From Actinomycetales bacterium (GTDB lineage: Bacteria > Actinomycetota > Actinomycetes > Actinomycetales > CAVURS01), in the NCBI GenBank assembly GCA_045807245.1, contig JBJMHS010000038.1:1-37481 (forward strand): 37,481 nt of DNA, written 5' to 3'. Numbering within the stretch: position 1 is the first letter of the stretch; every line of letters begins with the position of its first letter. The notes beneath the pieces were generated by a model. The model did not search any database. It was not told the DNA's origin and worked only from the letters and a program-made list of their open reading frames with translations. The position numbers were made by a program, and so were the translations under genes. Positions 27,314 to 36,346 of the stretch are shown piece after piece.

Positions 27314-28999
27314 CTACGGAGCGGCTCCTTCGGAGTCGTCGCGCGGTGTGAATCTGACGAGCATCGAGTCCACCACCGCTCCCGCCTCTCGGGCGCTCGG
27401 TGTGTACCCCAGTACGACGGGCAGGAAGTGGTCGGAGCTCAACGCCTTCAGCCGGAGCTCGCTGCTGGCTCGAACCGTCGCCGTCCGGCGGATGCGCCTG
27501 AGCAGAGCGATCTCTCCGAACCCCATCCCGGGACCGAGCGTGGCCACGACCCGTCCATCCCCGATCACCTCGGCCTCGCCCGACTCGATGACGAAGTAGT
27601 GGTCCCCGACGTCGCCCTGACTGAAGACGACGTGACCAGCCGGCACGTCGAGCTGTTCCACTCCGCGAGCGAGCTGTTCGATCGCGGGCAGGGGCAGGAC
27701 GTTCAACATCGCTACCGAATGCAACGTGTCGATGTCGAGGTCGCGCACGCCGATTGACCGGTCCATTCCTCGCAGCCGCCGCCACGACGCCACGGCGAGG
27801 ATGGGACACAGCAGACCGACCGACACGAGCGCAGCCCGTACGCCGGCTCGGTCGACCACCAGTGAGGCGACGATCGCTCCCAACCCGACGGACAGGGCGA
27901 CCAGGCTCTCCAACACTCCGAAGACTCGTGCGAGGACCTCGTCGGCGGCCAGTCTGGCCAGGAGGGTGAACCCGGCCAGGTCGATCAGCGAGTTTCCGAT
28001 GCCGACGCAGGCGAGCAAGCCCAAGGCCGGCACCTGGTGTGGGAAGACGCCGATCAGCGTCACCGGCGCGCCCCACAGTGACACCCCGACGGCGAACCAC
28101 GCGCCGAGGCGCCGACTGCCGACGAGCAACGACGCGCCGAGTGAGCCCAGAACTGCACCCGCTCCGATTGCAGCGGTCAGTATGCCCACGCCGGGTTCGC
28201 CGATCCCCAGCAGTTCGATGGCGACCACCACGTTGAGCACGGTCAGTGCCCCGCGGGTCAAGGACTGCGCCACCGCCAGGCCCATGATGAGGGCCAGGTC
28301 GCCATTCCTGCGCACGACCCGCATGCCTTCGGCGGCCGAGCCCAGGAGGTTGGCCTCTCTCGGGGCCGACGGCCGCGGAGGAGCGTCGTAGTCCAGCCGC
28401 AACAGCAAGCCCGCCGCCCAGAACGAGGCCCCCGCAGCGACCGCGAACACGACGGTCACGCTGGTGAACTGCAGTAGCAACGCCGCGAGCAGCGGACCCA
28501 CCAAGGTGGCGGCGGCGTCCAGCAGCCCGCGGACCACGTTCGCGCTGGCGAGCTCGTAGCCGGTGTGGCACAGGGACGGGAGCAACGCGGAGTGCGCCGG
28601 TCGGTAGAGCGTGGCAGCGATGGTCGACGACACGGCCAGCGCATACACGAGCTGGGTGGGACCGCCTACGCCGATGACGACCGCGGCCCCGGCGGTGACG
28701 ACACCCCGCAGCAGTGAGACCAGGACCAGCACTCGCTCCCGGCGGCCCCTGTCAGCCAGCGGCGACAACAGGGGGGCCAAGATCGCGGACGGGGCCATGC
28801 GCAGCAGTCCGACCAGCCCAACCGCAGTTGCACCGCCATCCCGATAGGCCACGATCCCGAGTCCCACCGTGAACGCCCACTCGGCGGTCCAGGCTGCGAG
28901 GAAGCTGAGCTGGGCGCGGCGCAAGAAGGGGTTCCGCGCGTTGCTGGTGAACGCGCCGGCCGCGTTGCCCAGCCTGCCCCGCAGTCCTGCACCCGCCAC
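27314..28999 (-). CDS. MFS transporter fused to a C-terminal cyclic nucleotide-binding domain
   Basis: About 12 hydrophobic segments, motif-A-like LADRGRRER; C-terminal VFSQGDVGDHYFVIESG...FGEIALL...RTATVRA. Confidence 0.9.
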   Translation of the reverse strand: MAGAGLRGRLGNAAGAFTSNARNPFLRRAQLSFLAAWTAEWAFTVGLGIVAYRDGGATAVGLVGLLRMAPSAILAPLLSPLADRGRRERVLVLVSLLRGVVTAGAAVVIGVGGPTQLVYALAVSSTIAATLYRPAHSALLPSLCHTGYELASANVVRGLLDAAATLVGPLLAALLLQFTSVTVVFAVAAGASFWAAGLLLRLDYDAPPRPSAPREANLLGSAAEGMRVVRRNGDLALIMGLAVAQSLTRGALTVLNVVVAIELLGIGEPGVGILTAAIGAGAVLGSLGASLLVGSRRLGAWFAVGVSLWGAPVTLIGVFPHQVPALGLLACVGIGNSLIDLAGFTLLARLAADEVLARVFGVLESLVALSVGLGAIVASLVVDRAGVRAALVSVGLLCPILAVASWRRLRGMDRSIGVRDLDIDTLHSVAMLNVLPLPAIEQLARGVEQLDVPAGHVVFSQGDVGDHYFVIESGEAEVIGDGRVVATLGPGMGFGEIALLRRIRRTATVRASSELRLKALSSDHFLPVVLGYTPSAREAGAVVDSMLVRFTPRDDSEGAAP

Positions 29000-29020
29000 G
29001 CGGCGACCGTATCCGTTCGA

Positions 29021-29095
29021 TGGTGGGCGATACTGGGTTCGAACCAGTGACCTCCTCGGTGTGAACGAGGCGCTCTACCACTGAGCCAATCGCCC
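29021..29095 (-). tRNA. tRNA-Val(CAC)
   Basis: Cloverleaf GGGCGAT...; anticodon arm CCTCG-TT-CAC-AC-CGAGG; GGTTCGAA T-loop; encoded CCA. Confidence 0.97.
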
Positions 29096-29164
29096 GCGGC
29101 CGGCCCGGTGCACCTGTGACGGTGACGCTGGGCGGCACGGCGCTCGATGTTATCCGGTCGCCAG

Positions 29165-29620
29165 CTAGCCCTGCAGGCCGCTCCAGCCGGGCACTAGCGC
29201 GTCGGGCACGAAGGCCGGGACGCCCGTGAGCCGCAGTGACAGCCAGAGCGCGCTGACCAGGACGGCCAGGGTGCCGAGACCGAGCAGGACGCGGACCGGC
29301 CACGGCCGGCTGGTGGCCCAGTCCGTCCACCGGCCGACCTGATGGCGGGCATAGTCCAGGAGGCGGCGCGCCCACTCGAACTCGGACGCCAGGATGGCCA
29401 GCCCCAGGAAGACCACCAGCCACCCGGGCCCGGGCGCCGGGATGAGGACCAGGCCGAGCACGGTGACCGTTCCGCCCAGCACGCCCACGACCAGTCGGTA
29501 CGCCAGGTGAACCTTCCGCTTCGACCGGATCCGGCGACGCCACGCCCAGTCTCGGTCGCCGACTTCGTCCCGGTCCCCGGACCGGTCGACGTCGACCCGC
29601 CTCGAGTCCTCGGTCGTCAC
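29165..29620 (-). CDS. TIGR02611/PGPGW-family membrane protein
   Basis: PAPGPGW and ILASEFEWA motifs; divergent from the ssgB-like gene. Confidence 0.88.
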   Translation of the reverse strand: MTTEDSRRVDVDRSGDRDEVGDRDWAWRRRIRSKRKVHLAYRLVVGVLGGTVTVLGLVLIPAPGPGWLVVFLGLAILASEFEWARRLLDYARHQVGRWTDWATSRPWPVRVLLGLGTLAVLVSALWLSLRLTGVPAFVPDALVPGWSGLQG

Positions 29621-29648
29621 TTCTCTCCCTTCAGACCCATTCGTGCGG

Positions 29649-29691
29649 GTCACGCGTGACAGGGACGTGACAGCACGGTTTCATGAAACCG
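29649..29691. promoter_or_regulatory. Candidate regulator sites upstream of the ssgB-like gene
   Basis: GTGAC-AGGGAC-GTGAC (29656-29671, GTnAC-n6-GTnAC); palindromes GTCACGCGTGAC (29649-29660) and CGGTTTCATGAAACCG (29676-29691). Confidence 0.45.
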
Positions 29692-29829
29692 GAGTGGTGA
29701 TTCCCACCTGGGGGGTGGACGTGCTTCACTACGCAACGAACGAGGCATGAACGCGACCGTCGGGGGCGCGCCTCAGTCGCGAACGCGTCCCTTCCCCGGC
29801 GCGCCTTCGGGCTCGGACAAGGAGGGCCG

Positions 29830-30237
29830 ATGCGGCAGACCACCGTGGTCGAAGAGCTGACGCTCCACCTGGTCGTCGCGGGCCAGCCCGGGGTCCCCAT
29901 GACGGCCGAGCTTCGTTACGACACCGGTGACCCGTACGCCGTGCACGCGACCTTCCGCGCCGAGGACAGCGAGGTCACCTGGGTGCTGGCCCGCGAGCTG
30001 CTGATGACGGGCCTGCAGGCGGTCAGCGGTATCGGCGACGTCAAGGTGATGCCGAGCGAGGAACACCCCGAGTCGGTCGTGCTGATCCAGCTCTCGTCCC
30101 CGGACGGCGTCGCGGTCCTGGCCGCCGACGCGGCGGACCTGCGCGGCTTTCTGCTCCGCACCTGCGACCAGGTGCCCCCCGGCGCCGAGGCCGAGTTCCT
30201 CGAGCTCGACCTCAAGCTGTCCCAGCTGCTGGCCTGA
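29830..30237 (+). CDS. ssgB: SsgA-family cell division/sporulation protein (SsgB position)
   Basis: LRYDTGDPYAV, VTWVLARELL, GIGDVKV, LSSPDG, VPPGAE; SD AAGGAGG. Confidence 0.88.
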   Translation: MRQTTVVEELTLHLVVAGQPGVPMTAELRYDTGDPYAVHATFRAEDSEVTWVLARELLMTGLQAVSGIGDVKVMPSEEHPESVVLIQLSSPDGVAVLAADAADLRGFLLRTCDQVPPGAEAEFLELDLKLSQLLA

Positions 30238-30270
30238 CGACCCACAGGCCCGGCCTCGCCGCACCATTGC

Positions 30271-31122
30271 TCAGGGGTCGATGTCCTGTGCCGCTCGCTC
30301 CCGGAACAGCGCCACGGCCCGCCCGCCCAGGTCACCGAGCTGTCCCGGCTCACGCAGCCTCCGGCGGTCCACCGCGTGCTGGGGCTGGACGTCCCGGATC
30401 GACGACGTCAGCAGCACCTCCGTTGCCTCGTTCAGCACCGATGCCGGCAGGTCGGCCTCGCGGATCCGCAGGTCGGTCCCCTCGGCCCACTCCAGCAGCA
30501 GCCCGCGGCTGATCCCGGCCAACGGCCCGGCCGAGAGCGGCGGAGTGACCAGCTCACCGTCCACGGAGACCAGGACGTTGCTCCCGGTCCCCTCGCACAG
30601 GTTGCCGACGGAGTTGGCCAGCAGCGCCTCGGCCGCCCCCTGAGCTTTCGCGTAGGCCAGAGCCACGACGTTCTCGGCGTACGACGTGGTCTTGATGCCG
30701 GTCACCGCGCCGCGTTCGTTGCGGGTCCACGGTGCGAGCACCGCTGCCCCGGTCGGCGGCGGTGGATCTTGGCCGGCCGCCTGCAGCACGACGGTGCCGG
30801 CACCCGCCAACCGCTCGGACCCGAGCGGTCCGGAGCCGCCGGTGACCGTGATGCGCAGCCGGCCGAACGCCATGGGTGCGTCTGCCGCGAGCAGCTGCCT
30901 CACACCCGACCGGATCTGCTCGAGGTCCGGCTCGGGCAGGCCGAGACCCGCCGCCGAGACGGCCAGCCGGTTCAAGTGCCGGGTCAGCGCGAACGCCTGC
31001 CCGCGGACGATCTTGGCCGTCTCGAAGATCCCGTCACCGACGGTCAGTCCGTGGTCGTTCGTCATCAGGACCGGCTGGTCGGCGTCGACCAGCCGCCCGT
31101 TGACCCAGGCTCGCGATGTCAC
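30271..31122 (-). CDS. Class IV PLP aminotransferase / aminodeoxychorismate lyase-like
   Basis: DHGLTVGDGIFET, KTTSY, EGTGSN, LAGISR; GTGA overlap with the upstream gene. Confidence 0.88.
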   Translation of the reverse strand: MTSRAWVNGRLVDADQPVLMTNDHGLTVGDGIFETAKIVRGQAFALTRHLNRLAVSAAGLGLPEPDLEQIRSGVRQLLAADAPMAFGRLRITVTGGSGPLGSERLAGAGTVVLQAAGQDPPPPTGAAVLAPWTRNERGAVTGIKTTSYAENVVALAYAKAQGAAEALLANSVGNLCEGTGSNVLVSVDGELVTPPLSAGPLAGISRGLLLEWAEGTDLRIREADLPASVLNEATEVLLTSSIRDVQPQHAVDRRRLREPGQLGDLGGRAVALFRERAAQDIDP

Positions 31123-32150
31123 GGGACGACCTTGCCAGACGCCAGAGCCACCAGCCGCGCCGCCTTCAGCTCCGTCTCGTCCCACTCACGTTCGGGCTCG
31201 CTCCCCCACGTGATGCCGGCCCCCGTGCCGAACCTCAACAGCCGGCCGCGGTCCGCGTGCTCGGTCCAGAACGTCCGGATGCCGACGGCCAGCTCGCCCC
31301 GGCGGTGGTCCGCGTCCACCCACCCGACGGCGCCGCAGTAAGGGCCACGCGCAGCCGGCTCCAGGTTCCGAATCGCTTGCAGGGCAGTCGATTTCGGTGC
31401 ACCGGACACTGAGCCGGGGGGAAACGCCGCCGCGAACAGGTCGGACCACCCGGCACCGGGACGGAGTCGGCCGGTGACGGTCGAGACGAGGTGGACCAGG
31501 CCGGGATGCTCCTCGACCCTCAGGAGCGACGGAACGTCGACGCTCCCCGGCCGGCAGACGCGGGCCAGGTCGTTGCGGACCAGGTCCACGATCATGACGT
31601 TCTCGTCCCGGTCCTTGGCCAGCAAGCCGTCCGCTGTCGGCGCGGTGCCCTTGATCGGCGAGGACGCGACCCGGTCACCGTGGCGCCGCAGGAACAGCTC
31701 CGGCGACGCCGTCACGACGTCCAGTCCCAGCCTCGGCACCCGCACCAGACCGGCGTACGGCGCCGGGTTGCCTTGCGCGAGGCGCGCCGCCAGGGCCAGG
31801 GTGTCCGCGTCCTCCGGGAGGTCGTGTTCCATCACCCGGCAGACATTGACCTGGTACACCGTTCCGGCCGCGATGCGCTCGCGGACCTCCCGACACGCTG
31901 CGACGTACGCCGATCGGTCCATCGTCGTCCGCCACTCGCCGGTCAGCTCGGGCCAGGGGCGGCGGCCTTGCGGCATCGGCGCCGGGTGGACGTGCGCGAA
32001 CCGGGCGAACGCCAGGCTGCCCTCGAAGGTCATGACCACGGCCCAGTAGCCGCTCCCATCCAGCGCACGCGGGTCGTCGGTCAGGTCGGTGCACCCGGTT
32101 GCCAGGCGGCCGCCGAACCACGCGAACGCCTCGGGGTCGACATCGGCCAC
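31119..32150 (-). CDS. Chorismate-binding protein (PabB/TrpE-like)
   Basis: YQVN, SPELF, PIKGT, ENVMIVDLVRNDL, PPGSVSGAPK, RGPYCG, GAGIT. Confidence 0.9.
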   Translation of the reverse strand: MADVDPEAFAWFGGRLATGCTDLTDDPRALDGSGYWAVVMTFEGSLAFARFAHVHPAPMPQGRRPWPELTGEWRTTMDRSAYVAACREVRERIAAGTVYQVNVCRVMEHDLPEDADTLALAARLAQGNPAPYAGLVRVPRLGLDVVTASPELFLRRHGDRVASSPIKGTAPTADGLLAKDRDENVMIVDLVRNDLARVCRPGSVDVPSLLRVEEHPGLVHLVSTVTGRLRPGAGWSDLFAAAFPPGSVSGAPKSTALQAIRNLEPAARGPYCGAVGWVDADHRRGELAVGIRTFWTEHADRGRLLRFGTGAGITWGSEPEREWDETELKAARLVALASGKVVP

Positions 32151-32199
32151 GACGGCACCGTAGCGAGCCGATCATCAGAGGCGGCGGTGCCGCAGCTGG

Positions 32200-32715
32200 C
32201 TACCGCCCGGTGACGCCGTCGATGGCCTCGCGGATCAGGTCGGCGTGACCGTTGTGCCGGGCGTACTCGGCCACCATGTGCACGTAGACCAGCCCGAGCG
32301 ACATCGCCTCCCCGTCGTGCTCGAACGTCGCGTGCGGGTCGAGCCCTGCGACCGCCTCGTCGGCGTGGCGCCGCTCCACGTGCCAGCGCTCGAAAGCGGC
32401 CTCGGCGTCGGCCGGGTCGAGGTGGTCGAAGTCGTAGTCCTTGCCCAGCACCGGGTCGTACAGCGGCTCGATCGGCTCGCCGGCGGCCCGGATGCGGAAC
32501 CAGGTCCGCTCGACCTTGGCCACATGACGGACGATCCCGAGCAGTGACAGGTTCGACGACGGCAGCGGCCGCCGGGCCAGCTGCTCGGCGGTGAGGCCGG
32601 CACATATGTTCGCCAGCGTGGCCCGCTCGAAGTCCAGGTAGCCCTTGAGGATGGGCCGGTCCGGACCGGTCAGCGGGCCGTCGACGGGCTCTGCCTCAGG
32701 CGCGGTCCAGCTCAT
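32200..32715 (-). CDS. DinB/DUF664 family protein
   Basis: SLLGIVRHVAKVERTWF and HMVAEYARHNGHADLIREAIDG His motifs. Confidence 0.9.
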   Translation of the reverse strand: MSWTAPEAEPVDGPLTGPDRPILKGYLDFERATLANICAGLTAEQLARRPLPSSNLSLLGIVRHVAKVERTWFRIRAAGEPIEPLYDPVLGKDYDFDHLDPADAEAAFERWHVERRHADEAVAGLDPHATFEHDGEAMSLGLVYVHMVAEYARHNGHADLIREAIDGVTGR

Positions 32716-32724
32716 GCGCGGAGC

Positions 32725-33585
32725 CTAGGCGGGGTCCGGCTCCAACACCGCAACCGGCGTCTCGTCCGCTCGCGAGCCGCCCGACGTCGCTGCTCCGGAG
32801 TCCACCCGCCAGCTCCGCCACAGCGTCCGTACGCCGATCTGCGCCCACGCTGTAACGACCAGGATCGCGATGGCGACGATCCCGTCCAGCCACCAGTGGT
32901 TCGCGGTCACCACGACGACGAAGATGGTGATCACCGCGTGGGCCGGCCCGATGTACCGCCAGCGGCTCGGGCTGATCCGCCAGGCGTAGTACCCGATCAG
33001 CACGGCCCAGCCGACGTGGACGGACGGCATCGCGGACAGCTGGTCGAACGGCAGACCGCCGGCGTAGACCGACTGGCCGTAGTACCAGCCGGTGTCGACG
33101 AAACCCGGCAGCATCCGGGGCGGGGCGACCGGCGCCAGCTGCACGATGAGGCACAGCAGCGTGACCCAGGCCATGCAGGTCCGGACCGGCCGGTACTGGT
33201 CGCGGTGGCGCCAGAACAGCCAGATGAGGAAGAACAGCATCAGCGTCAGGTGCATCGAGGCGTAGTACAGGTTCGCGGTCTCGATGACGTAGCGGTGCCC
33301 GAGGACGAGCTGCTGCGTGCTGATCTCGGAGGGCAGGTGGATGTCGCGCTCGAACCGCTCGATCCAGTGCGCACGGGCGAACGCGCCAGGAACGTCGGTG
33401 ATCGAGATCCTGCCCGCGAGCTGCCACAGGCCGTACAGGATCCCGATGATCGAGCCTTCGAAGCAGAACGGCGCCGCCGCCTTCAGCCAGCGCTGGCGCG
33501 CCGCCGACAGCAGTGCGCCGAGAACGAGCAGGAGTGCTGCTGTGGCCCAGACGTTCTCCCACGTCGGGCGAATCGTGTGCAGCAC
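32725..33585 (-). CDS. PAP2-like (AUR1/IPC synthase-type) membrane protein
   Basis: PVAPPR, AMPSVHVGW, TANHWWLDG motifs; start 33585 or 33588. Confidence 0.85.
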   Translation of the reverse strand: MLHTIRPTWENVWATAALLLVLGALLSAARQRWLKAAAPFCFEGSIIGILYGLWQLAGRISITDVPGAFARAHWIERFERDIHLPSEISTQQLVLGHRYVIETANLYYASMHLTLMLFFLIWLFWRHRDQYRPVRTCMAWVTLLCLIVQLAPVAPPRMLPGFVDTGWYYGQSVYAGGLPFDQLSAMPSVHVGWAVLIGYYAWRISPSRWRYIGPAHAVITIFVVVVTANHWWLDGIVAIAILVVTAWAQIGVRTLWRSWRVDSGAATSGGSRADETPVAVLEPDPA

Positions 33586-33613
33586 CACCGCAGACTAAAC
33601 GGTGGTCCACAAA

Positions 33614-33688
33614 TGGTGGGCGATACTGGGATCGAACCAGTGACCTCTTCCGTGTCAGGGAAGCGCGCTCCCGCTGCGCCAATCGCCC
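33614..33688 (-). tRNA. tRNA-Val(GAC)
   Basis: Anticodon arm CTTCC-CT-GAC-AC-GGAAG; encoded CCA. Confidence 0.97.
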
Positions 33689-33731
33689 TTCGATACTGCG
33701 TGGTCCTGCCCGTGCTCCGTCCTGCAGTGCG

Positions 33732-33802
33732 AGGTGGAGACGGGATTTGAACCCGTGTACACGGCTTTGCAGGCCGTTGCCTCGCCTCTCGGCCACTCCA
33801 CC
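33732..33802 (-). tRNA. tRNA-Cys(GCA)
   Basis: GGTGGAGTGGCCGAGAGG...ACGGC-CT-GCA-AA-GCCGT...GGTTCAAATCC; CCA not encoded. Confidence 0.96.
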
Positions 33803-33821
33803 GCGAGGCTCTACGCCCCCG

Positions 33822-33894
33822 AGCGGACGACGGGATTCGAACCCGCGACCCTCACCTTGGCAAGGTGATGCTCTACCAACTGAGCCACGTCCGC
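33822..33894 (-). tRNA. tRNA-Gly(GCC)
   Basis: GCGGACGTGGCTCAGTTGGTAGAGC...CACCT-TGCCAAG-GTG region with GCC anticodon; CCA not encoded. Confidence 0.97.
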
Positions 33895-33988
33895 ACGACG
33901 CCGGCCGGTTGGCTGGCGTGCTGGACGAGGTTATCCGATGCCCGGAGCGACGGTCCAACTCGTTGCCCACTGGGACGGTCCGGGGGCC

Positions 33989-35128
33989 TCAGGGCCGGAT
34001 GCGGCCCGCCCGGACCGACTTGTGGATGATCTTCCACTCCTGCTGCCGGGCCTTGCGCAGACGGGCATCCGTCCGCGAGGCGACCCATTCGGCCTCGCGC
34101 TGAAGCTTGCGCCAGCGCTCCAGCCGAGCCTCCGGGAGGTCGCCCGCCTCGACCGCGGCCTGGACGGCGCACCCGGGCTCGGTGTCATGACCACAGTCGG
34201 CAAACCGGCACAGTGCCGCCAGCTCCTCGACCTCCGGGAAGACCGCCGCCAGGCCGCCGGAGTCCAGCAGGCCGACACCGCGCAGGCCGGGCGTGTCGAT
34301 GACCGCGCCGCCCCACTGGCTGCGGTGCAGCTCTCGGGTCACCGTGGTGTGCCGGCCCTTGCCGAACGTCGCCAGGTGGTTCGTCGCCATCAGCTCGGCG
34401 CCGACCAGCGCGTTGAGCAGCGTGGACTTGCCGGCCCCCGAACCGCCGACCAGGGCGACGGAGCGTCCCGACGAGCAGAGGTCGGCCAGCGGCTCGAGGC
34501 CGGCCCCGGTCGGTGCGGACGCGACGTACACCTCGACTCCCGGCGCGGCTCGTACGGCCAGATCTGCCGCGACCTCGTCGCCGTCATCGCACAGGTCGGC
34601 CTTGGTCAGGACCACCAGCGGTGTGGCACCGCTGTCCCAGGCCAGAGTGAGCAGACGCTCCATCCGGGCCACCTGCGGCTCGGGCACGAGCGACTCCACG
34701 ACAGCGACGGCGTCCATGTTGGCCGCGAGGACCTGCCCCTGCGAGCGCCCGGACGAACTGGCCCGGACGATCGCCGTACGTCGCGGCAGCACCCGCTCCA
34801 CCGTGCTGCGGCCGTCGGCCCAGTGCTGCAGCCAGACGAAGTCGCCGGTCGTCGGAGCCTCGGTCGGGTCGGCCGTGGCCTCGGCCAGCAGGTCGGCGCC
34901 CCAGGTGCTGCGCGCCGGGCCGCCGGCAGCCAGCAGCTCGACATGCGAGCGGTCGGCCCGGATCACCCGCGCCGGTTCGGCCGGACCACACAGCTCGCGC
35001 AGGCGGCGGCAGATGGCCGAGCCGTCCACCTGCGCGTACTCCTCGGCCCAGGCGTCGTCCCAGCCGAGCCACGACGGCAGCGCCGTGGCGCCAGCGGGGG
35101 CGGCGGACTCCTCCGGTGCGACCATCAC
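33989..35128 (-). CDS. rsgA: Ribosome small subunit-dependent GTPase A
   Basis: Circularly permuted G motifs TKAD, GGSGAGKS, GRHTT, DTPG; zinc finger CRFADCGH..EPGC. Confidence 0.93.
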   Translation of the reverse strand: MMVAPEESAAPAGATALPSWLGWDDAWAEEYAQVDGSAICRRLRELCGPAEPARVIRADRSHVELLAAGGPARSTWGADLLAEATADPTEAPTTGDFVWLQHWADGRSTVERVLPRRTAIVRASSSGRSQGQVLAANMDAVAVVESLVPEPQVARMERLLTLAWDSGATPLVVLTKADLCDDGDEVAADLAVRAAPGVEVYVASAPTGAGLEPLADLCSSGRSVALVGGSGAGKSTLLNALVGAELMATNHLATFGKGRHTTVTRELHRSQWGGAVIDTPGLRGVGLLDSGGLAAVFPEVEELAALCRFADCGHDTEPGCAVQAAVEAGDLPEARLERWRKLQREAEWVASRTDARLRKARQQEWKIIHKSVRAGRIRP

Positions 35129-35160
35129 GCGAGGAGGCTAAGCACGCCCGGGCGTCCGGG

Positions 35161-36270
35161 TCACCTTGATTTCGGCCGAACGGGGTCGGGCTCTGGTGCT
35201 TCCACCTGGGGTTCGGGCCCTCGCTCCAGGACCTGCGGCGGCAACGGGGTGAGCGGCCGGGTGGCGGGGTTGGCGACGGCCGCGCCCGGTGTGGTCGTGC
35301 TGCTGGCCGGCTGCGCGTCCATGCCGCCGCCGGTCCGGAACTGCCGTCGCGGGCGGTCCCTGGCCGGCCAGAGCTTGCGCGTCGCTGCATTGAGAGCGGC
35401 GCCGATGAGGACGGCGATGGCCAGGAAGTAGAGCCAGATCAGGACGACGATGGGCGCCGCCAGCGGGCCGTAGATCGAGGTCGAGCGCGGCCCGACGGAC
35501 TCTCCCAGGATCCAGCGCAGCACGACGCTCGCACCGACCCAGATGAGCAGGGCCAGGCCGGCCCCCGGGACGTTGCGCAGCCAGGACGACCGGCGGGGCG
35601 TGGAGATCCAGTAGAGCGTGGACAGGCTGGCCACCGTGACCACGACGACGAGCGGCCAGTACAGCCAGAGCAGCCACTCCACGTGGCCCTCCAGAATCTG
35701 GCGGAGCAGGTCCGGGCCGAGGATCACGAGCGGGAAGACCACGACGCCGACCAGCAGCGACGCGACGTACAGGCTGAACGACAGGACTCGGGTGCGGACG
35801 ATGCCCCGGATGCCGCTCTGGCCGTACATGATCGAGATCGTGTCGACGATGACGTTGAGGACCCGTGAGCCGGACCACAGCGAGAGCAGGAAGCCGATCG
35901 AGATCAGGTCGGCGCGGCCGTTCTTGAACACGTCGTTCAGGGTGGGCACGATCGTGTCGCGCACCGTGGCCTCGGTGAGCACCTTGGAGGCCAGGTCGGT
36001 GACCTTGTCGGTCAGGGCTTGCACGTTGTCCCGGCCCATGGCCTTGCCGAAGTACCCCACCCCGCCGAACAGCCCCAGGACCAGAGGCGGCAACGAGAGC
36101 AGTGCGAAGAAGCCGGCCTCGGCGGCCAGCCCGGTGACCCGGTAGGTCAGGCAGATCGAAGCCGTCTGTCGAGTCAGGCGCCAGGCCCGGCTGAGCAGCT
36201 TCACCCCAGCCAGCGCCGCGCGGACGGACGCCCAGGCGGCGCCTACCGGAGACACCCGCCCCTCGCTCAC
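35161..36270 (-). CDS. YihY/BrkB family membrane protein
   Basis: LAAEAGFFALLSLPP, SLWSGS, SIYGPLAAPIVVLIWLY...IGAALNA; GTG 36270 after TACCGT-N6. Confidence 0.9.
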   Translation of the reverse strand: MSEGRVSPVGAAWASVRAALAGVKLLSRAWRLTRQTASICLTYRVTGLAAEAGFFALLSLPPLVLGLFGGVGYFGKAMGRDNVQALTDKVTDLASKVLTEATVRDTIVPTLNDVFKNGRADLISIGFLLSLWSGSRVLNVIVDTISIMYGQSGIRGIVRTRVLSFSLYVASLLVGVVVFPLVILGPDLLRQILEGHVEWLLWLYWPLVVVVTVASLSTLYWISTPRRSSWLRNVPGAGLALLIWVGASVVLRWILGESVGPRSTSIYGPLAAPIVVLIWLYFLAIAVLIGAALNAATRKLWPARDRPRRQFRTGGGMDAQPASSTTTPGAAVANPATRPLTPLPPQVLERGPEPQVEAPEPDPVRPKSR

Positions 36271-36346
36271 CCCCTCACGGTAGTCGTGTGGGCCGAACCG
36301 GCACCGATCCGACACGTTGGCCCGGCACCCCCTAAGTTGTGCCCTG

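Noticed and set aside
29021..33688. Direct repeat formed by the two tRNA-Val 3' halves as attL/attR of an integrated element
   Set aside because: Both are full-length isoacceptor tRNAs with different anticodons, the enclosed genes are core-like, and there is no integrase.
32696..34103. ORFs 32696..33970(-) and 33513..34103(+) spanning the tRNA cluster
   Set aside because: They overlap three bona fide tRNAs and the PAP2 gene, and the translations are low-complexity Arg/Pro/Gly-rich.
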